From Trichodelitschia bisporula (lineage: Eukaryota), in contig ML996694.1 of NCBI GenBank assembly GCA_010356995.1, forward strand, positions 62,001 to 121,138: a stretch of DNA of 59,138 nucleotides, read 5' to 3'. Shown here piece after piece: positions 11,280 to 23,437 of this stretch. Under the pieces are notes generated by a model. The model was not told the origin of the DNA. It ran no database searches and saw only the letters and a list, made by a program, of their open reading frames with translations. Within the stretch, counting starts at the first letter, position 1, and each line of letters starts with the position of its first letter. Both the position numbers and the translations under genes were made by a program.

Positions 11280-14200
11280 GGTAAGACGTTAAGCAAAGGA
11301 CGGTCAAAGGAGTGTGAGAAAGGAAGTATAACACAAAATATTCTCAATGATAGCCAGAGTGTTTGGGCGAGATCATATATCTGCGCAAGCGAGTGTCAAT
11401 CTTATCGGCCATTGCTTCTACCGATATACTATAGAACATTCGGCAATCTGAGTGGCTAGCGCAGTGTTTGGCTCCAGATCTGATACCAAGATATAGTGCT
11501 TTAGACGTTACGCCCGCTAGCATCACGCGGACTAGTGATCGCAAGGCTCGGAACCCGACGATCTGCCCGAATGGTGATTTTCCACCCAATGAGATGATGT
11601 TCTGTGAACCTTGCATCCAAACTTCAGATGCGGAGAAGCTGAAGTGCAGGCCGATATGTCAGATAGTGATCCATCATGGAGCCAGCGTGCCCCACGCCCA
11701 GTGCAAAGGGAACCCTTCCCGAAAGACTTCGGAGATCGAAGAATTAGATTAAAGAACATCGGAATGTGATCTATCGGTGATAAGCACATGCACGATTCGC
11801 TAGTATCCTTGCGCAACTTCGCGTGAACGTCCCGAGGCCTGTATCAGATAGAGGGGCGTGCATCAAGCAAACGATCAAAGTAACCTTGAATAGCACGAGG
11901 TATGCTGGGAAGTCCGAAGGGCATGTAATTTCCCCGAACCCTACGTTCCCGGTCATCAAGGAGCGTTGAGAGGGATGGGCAACTGATCTAATGCTGCGGA
12001 TGGACGGTTGGTTTTAATCGGGATAGCCCTCAGCGGCCGAAAGGTTAAACGGCACGGATAAGCTAGGGCTTCCATCCATATGATAGAGAATTATCTTAAG
12101 AAGTTAGCCCTATTTTCGAAGATACCTAAGAGTGGATGTAAGTATCGATGCTCGTCGCTTTCAGGCTGACAAAAGTGTCGACAAGAGTGTTAAGCAAAAT
12201 GACTCCGATATGCGAGCACTCATAACTGGCTGGATATCACTTCCAAACAGCCAAGGTGGCAATAACAACGATAGATAGGCCGATTGGATGGAGTCAACAG
12301 CTGTCATAAGATGACTGGGGGGCGATTTTCTACTCAGTATTAAGATGTGGACTGCAGGCTTGAGTTGATGTTAAAATGAAGTGTGAACATGACTGAGTTG
12401 CTTATTTGACTAGCAGTGGGAGGTGAGCTGACTCTATACCTCGCCAGAAGACGACCCCTGTCTCCTGGCTCCACTCCAGCCACCCCAGGTTGCCGCCACA
12501 AATTCAAACAGTTGAGCTCTTCGACGTATCTTTTAAGGCTTGAAAACTCTGAGCAATCTGCTGTATAACCCAAAGCGCTTGCCGGTGACCAAATGGACAT
12601 CGCAAGTTGCCACCAACGAATACCGTTTACCAACGGACTTTCCTGGCGAGACCCGATGGTCAGAGGGCTGGGGATTGAGGCATTATCACGGTCACGTTCA
12701 CCGTAAAGCTTTTACTATATCACGTGAGCTGATTTTGCCCCATCAGCTCTTCCACCATTTTCTACCCACGTCCCTCGCAAAAGCAAGTGATTGAGGTGTT
12801 CCTTTGACGACTTTTACGGAGTAGACGGCGAAACTTACGTTGAACCTCACAAGTGGGCCGCCACAGTAATAAAGAGCTCGACCCATCAGCGCGGAGAACT
12901 CCACGAACCCCTATTCGAGAGAGCTTCAGCGCTAATCTTACCTGCAAGTTCGCTGACGACACATACACCAACACGCTTCCGCGGTCAGTTTCACCGAGGG
13001 ACACCGTTATCCCTATCAAGAGCGAAGCGACTACCTACTGCACCGTATCGGAATGCTGCCTGGTGGGCTTTTGGCTTCTCTCTTACCTATTCGGGGCCTC
13101 AGTATCCATTCAGTTTGAGATGATTCGGAGATCTCACCGCCAGGCGTACCATGATAGCCTGAGACTTGAAGCGGGCCACGCCGACCGTGCCTTTGCCTCA
13201 TGTAGGCCGTGACTGGCTTGCCTTTCACTGCGCTGGCCACGTCCCTCTGATCCCCCACGCAGTCAGTGATGCGTATGGCACTCTGCAACGTCTGCCTGTC
13301 AAGATGCCTTGATGGGTGGCAACGTGAGAGTGGGGCGTCTGGGTCTTCCTTCATTGCCTAGTTACGACTCCACTCTTTTTTCGGTGATTGCGGACGAGTC
13401 TCAAGATCTGGATGTTGAGACTTCTTTTCCCATGATCGGTTCAGGGCGGCCTCCATTCCTTGAGGTCATGATACGTTAGTGACGATCTCTAGGAAGCCTG
13501 GTGGTTACATACGCTTTCTCAGCACATTGTCACCGGACCTGAATCGGTGTAGGTACTTTGGGGAAGTCCAAGAACCATAAACCAGTCGAAGTAGTCCGTA
13601 GGCACCCCTTCGAAACACGAAAATGATGCAGTTCACGTGTTGAGATGGCCAGCGGCCTCGCTTCATCACCATTCCAATGTCGGCGAGAAGTTGTGTTCCC
13701 ATCTCGAGTTCCCCAGCCGCAGAGAACAGGGCGAACGAAGGCGACCTTAATCGGAGATGGGTTCGCATGAACCTAAGCATATGACGCTGTCTATGCCACT
13801 AACTGTCCGTTTGTATGCCTTTGGTGTCACCGCTTAGTTGGTATTACCGTACTGGTAGGTGATGCTAGCTTACCGGCCCGCCGGTGCACTCACATGCATC
13901 TGCCGGCGATTATCGGCACCCTGGCGAGAGTGCTGCTCTGCGTTGGTCAAATAAACTCCTCCTTTGGTTGGTCATGCAGAGGGCTCCCGTGTCCTCCGAG
14001 CGCCTCATTCATTGCAGTATGTCGTCTCGTTGCACTTAGGATCCTGCTGTGACGCTGAGCTTCTTACGGTATAGGCTCCGTCTGGGGTCACTCGTGTCGG
14101 AGGTCACACTCAAAAGGTGCCACGGTTCAGTTGCCTCGGGGTACGTGGATCCTAGAACTAACAGCGTCCGCATGTATACAGGCTCCATCTCAAGATATTT

Positions 14201-14889
14201 GCCGGCATAGTCGCATGATGGCTCTGTCGAGGGGCAAGGAAAGTCGGTTGCCTCTCATGAGGCCTGATCTGTTCCACGGTCGTTGTATCACATGTGGAGG
14301 TTGACGTCACCTATGCAGTCAGTAGATAGTAACTCATTGTTTCGGCTTATGGAACCAGCAAGAAAGCATGTGCTTAACATGTGACTTGTCTAATCTTCCT
14401 GCGCGATGGTTTTGCGGAGTTTTATCGATTCGTTTGCTCAGAGCGTGCTGTACTCGGCTTTAACCCCTTAGGTTTACAGATGGAGAGCAACCAAATGGCA
14501 GTCAGAAGGGCAGATGTCCATCATTCTAGAAATTTCCAATGATTAGCCGGAACATCAATTGAAGGACTGGGGTGGAGGTACCTCATCCGAAGCATGGCCT
14601 GACTTCCTTCCGCTTTCGGAACCGAGACTAAAGTGAACAAATGGCCATCAGCCTCGCTAGCTACGTGTACACGGATGCTTATCTACCGCCATTTGTCGCT
14701 TTACTCCCAATGATGAAGCATCAACCGAATCCATAATGATTTTGTACTATGCAGCTGAGGCGTGGAATAGAATTCGATGCCTCAAAGATGATCTCACGCA
14801 AGAACATCGCGGCAACCTGGCACCATATTGTCCAATCATTTGACAGCCTTGCCTCAGAGGCTGAACTCAGCACACAGCCATCCGATAAG

Positions 14890-16050
14890 CCTCATCTCTC
14901 TGGAAACACGATGGTCAACGGTATCATTTCTCTGGTGCATGATGAATGCTGTGGACGGTGCTTCCCCGAGTATTGGGCGCTTCACCATCTGAAGTTGAAA
15001 TAAGGTTTGCGAAAATCCGGTGAGCGTTCAGACGCCACATGAAAGAGGTATTCCCATACCGTGGACAGTAATGCACAGAGAGATATTCCCTTGGGAATCT
15101 GCTTTGACATGAGGCTTCGGCGATTGGATCAAGCTCTACGCTCTGGAGCAAGAGCGACGCCGATAGACTCCCGGGACAAGCGACCAACTATGTCCCAAGT
15201 TCCAGAGGTCGAACATTCACCCGCTCGGAGCTCTCCGATATTGCCGCTGAAGCGTGACTTGCTGCAAAACCGAGTAGATACATATGTAATGCAAGCAGAA
15301 TGTTTAGTACATCGTCTTGCTCATGTGATGCAGTAAATCTTACATACGCTCCTTTTAGAGTGGAAGAACCTGCTTGCAGCTTTGCAGCCTAAGCCTGACT
15401 TTGACTTCCGCCCTTCCAAGCGGGCACGGCGGGGTTGAATCGGTCGCGCCTGTCAACAGCGAGTTCCAAGGGCTAACTTAAAGTATCATGTTCCCCCTCC
15501 TTCCTCATCTTTTGCTGTGTGATAAACATGTCATTGGAGGAGAGGGAAGTAGACGGCTACGCTTTTATTCGGATGGCCCTTGGTCCTTTCTGCAGCTTTC
15601 GAGAATGTTGAGATTTTATTGGCTGGAAGCGTCCAGGCGAATTTTGAACTTTTATATAAACTTGTATATAAGGAGGGCGCATTCCGTTGAGAGAACAGGT
15701 CGGAGTAAGGCTACTGCGTTTTGGGTCGCATTCGGCTCAGTGCTGGCCTCGGCGCAGGGGGAGAAGCTGAGCGACATTTTAAGCCGCAAGGCAACGGTGC
15801 GCGAACCACGCTCCGGCCCTTGTAACCACCAGCGCGGGCCGCGCACCGCCGAATGCGTATATGTTCAATCCAACTCCCTCGGATGATGATGATTCTGGTG
15901 CCATTGCTCGCACTTTGTTAGATTCGGTCGCTACCGGCTTTCGACGCTTTCTAATCAAATCAAACTTTCACAACTTACTCTTCAAGACCGAGCCTAAATG
16001 CGTTCCCAAGGATCTGAACTCGGCACGTTCACCGCAATGCGTGCCAGTCC
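14890..16050 (+). repeat. Upstream region and 5' end of the Est1/SMG6-like gene, duplicated near the right end (14890-15761 inverted at 57654-58530; 15708-16050 direct at 58731-59138)
   Basis: Near-identical sequence by eye. ORF track pairs 15061..15336(+) with 58083..58358(-) and 15488(+) with 57931(-). Confidence 0.95.
15651..15672. promoter_or_regulatory. Palindromic TATA element TTTATATAAA plus adjacent TATATAAG, ~340 bp upstream of ATG 15998
   Basis: TTTATATAAA (15651-15660) is its own reverse complement. ATTGG (reverse CCAAT) at 15618-15622. Confidence 0.5.
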
Positions 16051-19033
16051 CGCATCTTCCATGCTGCGAGATAAAGATGCTTCGATGAAGGGGAGCCTTC
16101 CATTGGAAAGATCGGCCTCTTCTCAAGACGGAAGGTCGAACCATCGGCCGTCGTTGGATGGAACTCCCAGAAACAGGCGCACATCGTCAGTTCGAGAACT
16201 CCTTCCACACCCTGCCTCACCTAACGTCCCATTAGCGACACTTCATCTCAAGTCTGTCATCAGGTGTCGCATGGTTCTCCTTCACCAACGGTCTCTCCTG
16301 CAACCCGTATGCGCCACGCTCCTTCGCCCACGAAATCGACCAGCCATCCGTCGAACCAACGTTCACCTCACGCTCACTCCCCTCCTCCGACCGTCGATCA
16401 TACATCTCCAACACACAACATTTCCTTGCCGATGAAAACTAAGAATTCTTTGAACCAGTCCTCGCCTCTTCCAACTGTCTCTCAAGCATCTCCCATACGT
16501 CACAATCCTGCCATGAAAAAGAAGACCAACCTCCATTCAAATCAACATGCCCTTCACACCCACACACAGCGCACTCGTATGTCGGTCCCTGACGGTATCA
16601 AGGCTTCGGGTCCTAAGACTCCACGCCCTGTTCCTCCGTCCCAGTCGAAGAGGCGAGGAAATCAGTCCAGACCACCAGAGCCTGATCACCCACGCGACCC
16701 TCGATGGCCTGCCCTTGCTCGCCAACCGGAATCGAGGACGATATCGCCCGAACAGCTGGCTACGGAGGTCAAGTCTATATACCAGGGGCTCACAATGGTC
16801 GAATCGAAGTGTCGACACGTCGACAAGGCCCAGGTCGCGGCGTTGAATGATGGTGCCCCTCTGGAGGATATTCACTTCCAAGCCCTTCTTGCCCTGCACA
16901 GGACCCTTCTTCACGAACATCATGACTTCTTCCTCGCCAGCCAACACCCGATGGCGACGCCGGCGCTTCGAAAACTCGCGCAGAAGTATACGATGACGGC
17001 GAGGATGTGGAAGCATGGTATTCATTCTTTTCTGGAGCTTCTTCGGTACCGGCTTCCAGAGAGCCTTGAATACATGCTCGCCTTCATCTATACCGCGTAC
17101 CAAATGATGTGTCTTCTGCTGGAAACAGTACCCTCCTATGACGAGACCTGGATCGAATGTTTAGGGGACCTCGCAAGATACCGCATGGCCATCGAAGACG
17201 AGTGTATGCAGACGCGGGAGATCTGGGCTGGCGTTGCGCGTTCTTGGTATACTAAGGCGGCCGACCGTTCTCCTACCGTCGGCCGGCTATTCCACCGCCT
17301 CGCCATCCTTGCACGTCCTTTCGCCGTTCAACAACTTCATCTCTACAGCCTCTCACTCACCAGCGTTATCCCCTTTCTCAGCACGCGTGATTCCATCCAA
17401 TCTCTTCTTGATCCAATGCTCGCACGAAATGATGCAACACCAATGGGAATTCCCGAAAACGACGTTGAGTTTATCACAGCCATAACCATCGTCTTCAAGC
17501 GACAAAAGCTCGACGCCTTCCATCATCACGCTGATAAGTTCCTTAAATCTCTCGATTCCAGCTGCCAGGGTATGGGGCAGAAATGGCGGGATCATGGCTC
17601 GTTTATTGCCTTCACATTGGTTGCTTCCCTCTTTGATTTCGGCTTCGATAACCCCCTGCGACGGTTGTACCATTGGGGCAATCTCAAGCGGATCTCCGAG
17701 CAAAATAAGCCACATGCAGAAGACGATACCCAGGGCAACCCGCCGGCGCCAACAGCTTGGGAGCCCTTGCAGCCGCTCCCGCCTCAGGATCCCGAAACCG
17801 CCAAGGTCTCCGAGTACGAACTCTTTCTCACAACTCATACGTTTGCTGTTGTCCTCTCTCGCCGTTGCGACAGGAATTGCTTACCTTTTGTACACGTGCT
17901 TTGCTGTTTCTTGTATTCCTTGACATCCGTTCCGCGTACCGAGTTTTCTATTGCGTATACGTCGTCTGCGAACCGCATCTTAGAGGCTCAGCCCTGGTCT
18001 GCGCTCTGCGATTATGCCAATGCTCTGGACAAATCGGAAAGGGAGGATGCGAGTTATCAGGGTCCAGACTTCGTGCGACCAGAGGGAGGCAATGGACCTC
18101 TGCCCGAGGACTTTAAGCTCAGGGGTCAGATTTATGCCGCCCATGGCTACTACCCCGGCGACTGGTTTGAGGGTAAAGGGATGGGTGTGGACGACGATGA
18201 ATGCTTGATTGAACGGGCAAGCACCTCTATCATCCGAGCCGGTCGCGTCTTATGGCTGATGCATCGGCTGGCCGCTGTAACAACCACTGCACTCCACTTT
18301 CTCAATTTGCTGATTTGAACAGGATGAACTATATATTGGATTCGATCAGGCGAACAAGCAGTTCTACGTCGTCGCAAGCTCTGCTAGTCCAAGCCTTAGC
18401 GCAGGTATCATGGCGCCAGAAAGTGTTGATGACAATGTCGACCTCGTCATGTCGGATGCTTCGCTGCCCGAGCCGATGCAGAACGATATCCCTTACAATG
18501 TACGGTATACCCCTCCCTCCCTTCCATGTCGCTAAACTTTTAAGGTTGTTGTTGTGGACAAGAGCACGCTTGAACGGGATGAGTTCGAGGGAGTTGTGCA
18601 AATCCACTGGGACGTAATTGTTCCCTTTGAATGTAGGCTTTATCAACTCTGTCTAGCAAGACTACTCACGCTCGCAGTTGCCTCCCGTCTGCCTAAGGAC
18701 TCGCTTGCCGAGAAGCGATTGCGTGATGCCATCAAAAATGGAAAGAGCAATGTCCGCGTCTGGACTCAGGACGGCGACGACCGGACGGACGAGCTTCGGG
18801 TCAAGGACGAAGACGAGATGGACATAGACGGCCAAAATACGTCCATGCAGGACCAGGAGATTGTCATGAAAATTGCACGGAGGGCCACTGATCTGAACCT
18901 GGACGGGAAAGAGGGCCAGGCTAAGACCGTGCTTCTGACTGAAGATGGCGATGTGGAAACCAGGGCCCTTGGCAGAGGACTCAAAGCGATGGCCTCCATG
19001 CTTGCCATCAAGTTACGCGGCGGGAATGGGTGA
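15998..19033 (+). CDS. Est1/Ebs1/SMG6-like protein (~949 aa): disordered N-terminus, Est1 TPR-like DNA/RNA-binding domain, degenerate C-terminal PIN-like domain; join(15998..16185,16236..18276,18323..18499,18545..18632,18678..19033)
   Basis: Fungal Est1-family motifs ISPEQLATEVKSIY, HRTLLHEHHDFFLASQHP, RMWKHGIHSFLELLR, TWIECLGDLARYRMAIED, GRLFHRLAILARP, LPEDFKLRG. C-terminal VVVVD, VIVP, VLLTED resemble PIN. Four introns give 2850 nt in frame. Confidence 0.88.
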
Positions 19034-19065
19034 TTCAACGTACCTCCAGTGCTCCTTTTGGGTTG

Positions 19066-19315
19066 TCCATGTTCTGGATGGAGAGCCATGCCGTTGGTGG
19101 GCTCCGACAGAAAATGCGTGACTCAACTTCCATCCCATGTTGGTAGATCCTGACGGAAGCACGTGATTCAACATCCATGCCATATTGGTGGAACTTATCC
19201 TTGGATCGGCAACAATGCCATGTTGGTTTAACTTGTCTCTGGACCGGCAACCATGCCGCTGATGGATATCGGACCCATCACGCTCCCGCAGGTGGTACCG
19301 GGATTCCATGTTGGA
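19066..19315 (+). repeat. Degenerate ~38-46 bp tandem repeats (core (CAAC)ATGCCATGTTGG) just 3' of the Est1-like stop codon
   Basis: Units gtgactcaacttccatcccatgttggtag / gtgattcaacatccatgccatattggtggaacttatccttggatcg / gcaacaatgccatgttggtttaacttgtctctggaccg / gcaaccatgcc. Confidence 0.7.
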
Positions 19316-22300
19316 CCCAAACGGTGTGCTCTTTGTGCTGGTCTGGACGAGGCCTCTCCCGGCGGTCTCCATAACGCGTCGTGAAGATGAGGTTCCCGAC
19401 GCAATGTGGCTCGGTGGATATCCCTCAACGGATAGCCGTGCTTTTTAATGAGTACATTCAAACATTCAAACATGGATCTGGGAGGGAGAATTCCGCGGAA
19501 GAAAGGTCGAAACTGAGAGGCCCGCTAACCCTTTGAACCGTTCCACAAGCAACACCACCATCTCCCCACATAACATCCCTTTTGCGACTTCGACATCCCA
19601 CTTGCTCGAGATCCGCCGGATGGCGCAGATACTGCCCATGCACGCTGGTTTGCCTCCGTATTTTGGGCCCGAGCCTGGTCTGCACGCCCTTTCGGTTGCT
19701 GGGTCGGCGGCGCACAAGATTTCCGCCGTTGAGAGGACGAAAACTGGGAACAAAAAATCTGTCACGTCTTGTACATGTCCATTGGGTTTCCCGTGCCTGA
19801 TGTTTTTTGCTCATGCTTCTTGGACTGTGTGAGGGTTGGCAGCGCAATCATGGATATCACACCTGGGTTTTTTTATACGTTTCACGGCTGATGATTACTG
19901 TTACCGTACAACGGTCGATCTTTGATTGCTGTCCCTCAGCACAGTGACTATCCTGAAGTCTACTAGATATCTGACTCAGGTGAAAATGATGCCAGAAGTC
20001 CATGTCTTCCACGGACTCCGCGGATGGCCTGCAGCTGTCACAGCGGAGAGCAAGTAGCCTTTGAACTTCTTGACGATGACAGCAGTAGAATTACCGGAGG
20101 GAACGACCATTCACCTGCCGTAGCGCAAGCGTTTGGCGCGACCGCGATCGCACAAGTGGCCTCGGTCGGGAGGTGATGGCATGTCTCACTTACCGTGCTG
20201 GCTGGCCTGAGGCCGCGCCATGACACCACCTCGGAGTGCCTCGACCGCAGCATCAGCTGTCCGGCCTCACCATCATCATCCCATGCACGGCCTTCCATCA
20301 CACGGCATATCTCCCCACCCAAACGCCCTCATCCAGACGAACTCCCGTTCGCCCACCGCGCCGGGACGCACAAGGCACACTCCCCCAAAGCGTCACTAAC
20401 CCAGCCAAAGCGGCACTCGCCGCCACTCCCCGCACACCTAAGGTTGCGGTACCGAACCGAGTCATGCCCCAGCGGCCCGGTTCCCGCGTCGGCCCGGCGA
20501 GTCGGATTCAGGCAACCGCCTCGGTGTGCGCGAGTCAGGATATGCGTAAGTAGGCTGAAACAGGCACGCGCTCCGTGCGTAACTCTTTGCCGTTCCTGCA
20601 GCGATACCGCTTTTGCGCCGCAATGCGAGGCAAACGAAGGACCCTACCTTGTGCTCTGCTTTGAGGATCGGGGCGGAACTAAGGAATGAATTGCCTTGCT
20701 CCCGTAGGAAGCACAGAATGAGTAGCGGCGGTTTCGAGTCGCCGCTGCATGTGTGCAGGGGCTGATCCCTTACGTGTGCGAGAGCGGCTGGACTGCGCAC
20801 CCTGCATGCCGGAGGGATGTCCGGTGCAGATCGCAGGTGGCCGGAATATGTTAGGGACGAGGCAAGCGTTGGGAATGAGGCATAGCGGTACAAAGCCCCA
20901 TCGAAAATGGCGGGGAGAACCCCGAGTCTAATTGCCGCCCGAGTGGGGTGCCGAGGCTTGCCCAGGTCGGGGTATTGAGATCTTCGGCAATTCGACATTC
21001 GTGCACCGCAGCTAGGCGACTTTTGTGCACATTGGAGCGCCGGAAGGCAAAGTCGGGTATCAAATCGGGTTATTTCCGCGCCTTGGGCGAGATTGTGCCC
21101 AGCGACGGTGTCGTGTCGAGAGATGTGAGGTCCGAGAGCTACCTGAAAAAGTCAGGTGCTCCTCACTCAGCCAAAGCCTTGCGGAGGGCGGCTACAACTC
21201 TTTTTTGGGCGCCTTTTGGGCAGACTTTGGTCACTAAACAAGGCTTCAATATGCAAACGGAGAGTCAAACTCAGTCACCGACGTCGGATAAGGAAAGATG
21301 CGGGGCACATCCGGGCATGATTATCTCGTGCTGAGTGTCGTGGGAGACCAATGACGGGCCTTGACCTAATTGGCTCCCGCGATCTTCCCCCGCGGCTGCT
21401 ACCACGTCACGCCAGCCTTCCCGCACCCGGCCGTGCCTTAGGCAGACGGCAGCGCGATCTGCTCAAGAGTCTGGCGGCTCGCTCTTCAGATAGATCTTTG
21501 TGGAAGTAACTTGTTCATGCCTGCACCATACCCATCGTGACTTCCACACTTTTGCACGCCCCTGACACTGAGATAACGTTTGCCTACCTACGCCATAAGG
21601 CACTGGGCAGATGAGCATTATCGAGCAAGATTGTCGCGTGGACAATGTGTCGTGGCAAGACAGTGCAGTGTGCATGATGCATGGTCAAGCGCAGTTGAGG
21701 CCGCCAACGTGCTGATCTGAGCCCGACGGTGCACCGCATCGCCGCACTCGGCGCTAAGTGCAGTAAGACTGAATGTGAGCTCATTCACGGGCTTGCAGAT
21801 ACTCGAGACAGACGGGCAACAGGCAAGGCAATGATCTCTCGGAAGCACACATCGGGTAGAGGGTTTGCTGTTTGCGGCGAAGGCAATATTGCGGTTAACG
21901 TGCAAAGGCTGCGGAAGTAAGGAGTTGGGACATTTGGTGTTAGAAGGAGTGGGACAGAAGATAATTGGTAACGGAACCGCAGGTGTACGCGAAGGCAAAA
22001 TGCCAACGCCCGCGAAGGAGCTGGCTGAGTTGGACGGCGCTTACTCTTGATATAGGCAAATTAGACACCAATGCTCATAGCTCCTCGCGTTAGAGCCGCG
22101 ATCGTTAGCCTTGGGCGGAGCGGCCTCCCCCACAGTTACTTCCAGCGCTAACAGTGAAGTGTGGGGTCGTGGGGTAACGCAGCGCTGATCACCTCCAGAT
22201 ACAGCGCAGCGAGTCTTGGACAGACAGGAGTGAATCTCAGTAACCGTACCGCCGAGTTTTGAGAAGCTTTCCTTACATACCGTACCGTTCGCTCTTCGGC

Positions 22301-23437
22301 CGTACGAGTACGATGCATGACGCATGTACGATGGAAAGCGGCGCTTGGCATGGAGGTGAGATATCAGGGCAACTGGGAAGTCGAACATCGTCTCAGCATC
22401 GTGAACCATTAAGACACCGGAGTCCCCCTCCAGTGGGTTGCGGGGTAAGTGCTGGATTTGAAAGCAGATGAGTCTCCCTCCTGTGGTCAAGCCTGATCAT
22501 CATGAATGCTGCCCGGCTTCGTTTTTCCTGTGATGCAACACTTTGTCAGATTACAGCATCTGCTCCAGTAGATATCGGAGCAAGCGCATGGAAGAAGAAA
22601 GGAGCGTCAGCGCTCCGCTAAAGAAAAAATCGACAGGCCGGTGGTGCCGACACACCGTGACACCATCGCAAGTTGAATGAAGCTCGCTAGGTTTTATCGA
22701 TAAGCCGTTACGGACCGAGCCGGACAACCCAGTTCGGACGACCCATTTCGGAGCGGAGGATTTTGTTGCCGAGCCCCGTCACCAAGTGGGACAGAGATAT
22801 GTCATCATTCACTCCGCAATCTGGAACAGGGCTTAGCCTGCTTCATTATGCAGCTCGCTGCTACGTACCATTTGAAGATGGCTCGCTGTCTTCAACTTGA
22901 CACCTTCATACCAACTCCGCGACGACCCCCCAACGACCCGATAACCGTCCAATAAAGTCCAGATAGGAGACTGCGCGCCGGCGCGTGCCATATCGTGAAC
23001 ATCTTGGAAGCCTCCGATCTCCTCTTTGCAGCCTTTGTACCCGCGACCTCCCGTTATCTACAACGGTCGGCCATACGCACGATCCGACTTTCCCCTTTCG
23101 TGGTAGCCGCGACCGGCCCGCGTGCATCGCCAGTGGGCGATTACGTCGTTGACTTTGCGCGCTGCGCCAATCAGCGTGCACGCTTTAGATTGGCCGCTGG
23201 GGTTCGTTGCTGGAACGCAGAGTGGAGCGATAACAGGTTGTCAGCGCGCATATCGTTTTTTTGGGGGGTGGGGACTTGTTACTTGCACCCCGTTTCTTGG
23301 AAACACACTGGCGTTGGGGTTTCAGGGCATGCAACGTTACTTGGAAGGAGATTCTGGACTGAGAATGTGAAGCTGCCGTGTTGTGCGACATTCAAATCAC
23401 CACGCATAAGACGCGCCTGCGGGGACCATTGCACGAC

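Noticed and set aside
15061..15886. ORFs 15061..15336 and 15488..15886 apparently conserved at 58083..58358 and 57620..57931
   Set aside because: The conservation just reflects a very recent DNA duplication. Indels break the frames and no protein motifs are seen.
19130..19315. Repeated CCA-TGT-TGG (Pro-Cys-Trp) resembling alpha-pheromone repeat ends
   Set aside because: Units fall in different frames with stops. There is no signal peptide and no KR or X-A/X-P processing sites.
20723..20746. Hairpin with a GGTTTCGAGTC B-box-like loop
   Set aside because: No cloverleaf or A-box around it, so not called as a tRNA.
11300..23400. a-factor-like CAAX pheromone gene near the Ebs1/Est1-like gene (linkage I recall from some ascomycetes, unverified)
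   Set aside because: A partial manual scan for short ORFs ending C-x-x-M-stop found only LCLM* (13191-13205) and CREM* (21114-21128), neither a proper CAAX with a start codon. An exhaustive small-ORF scan is still needed.
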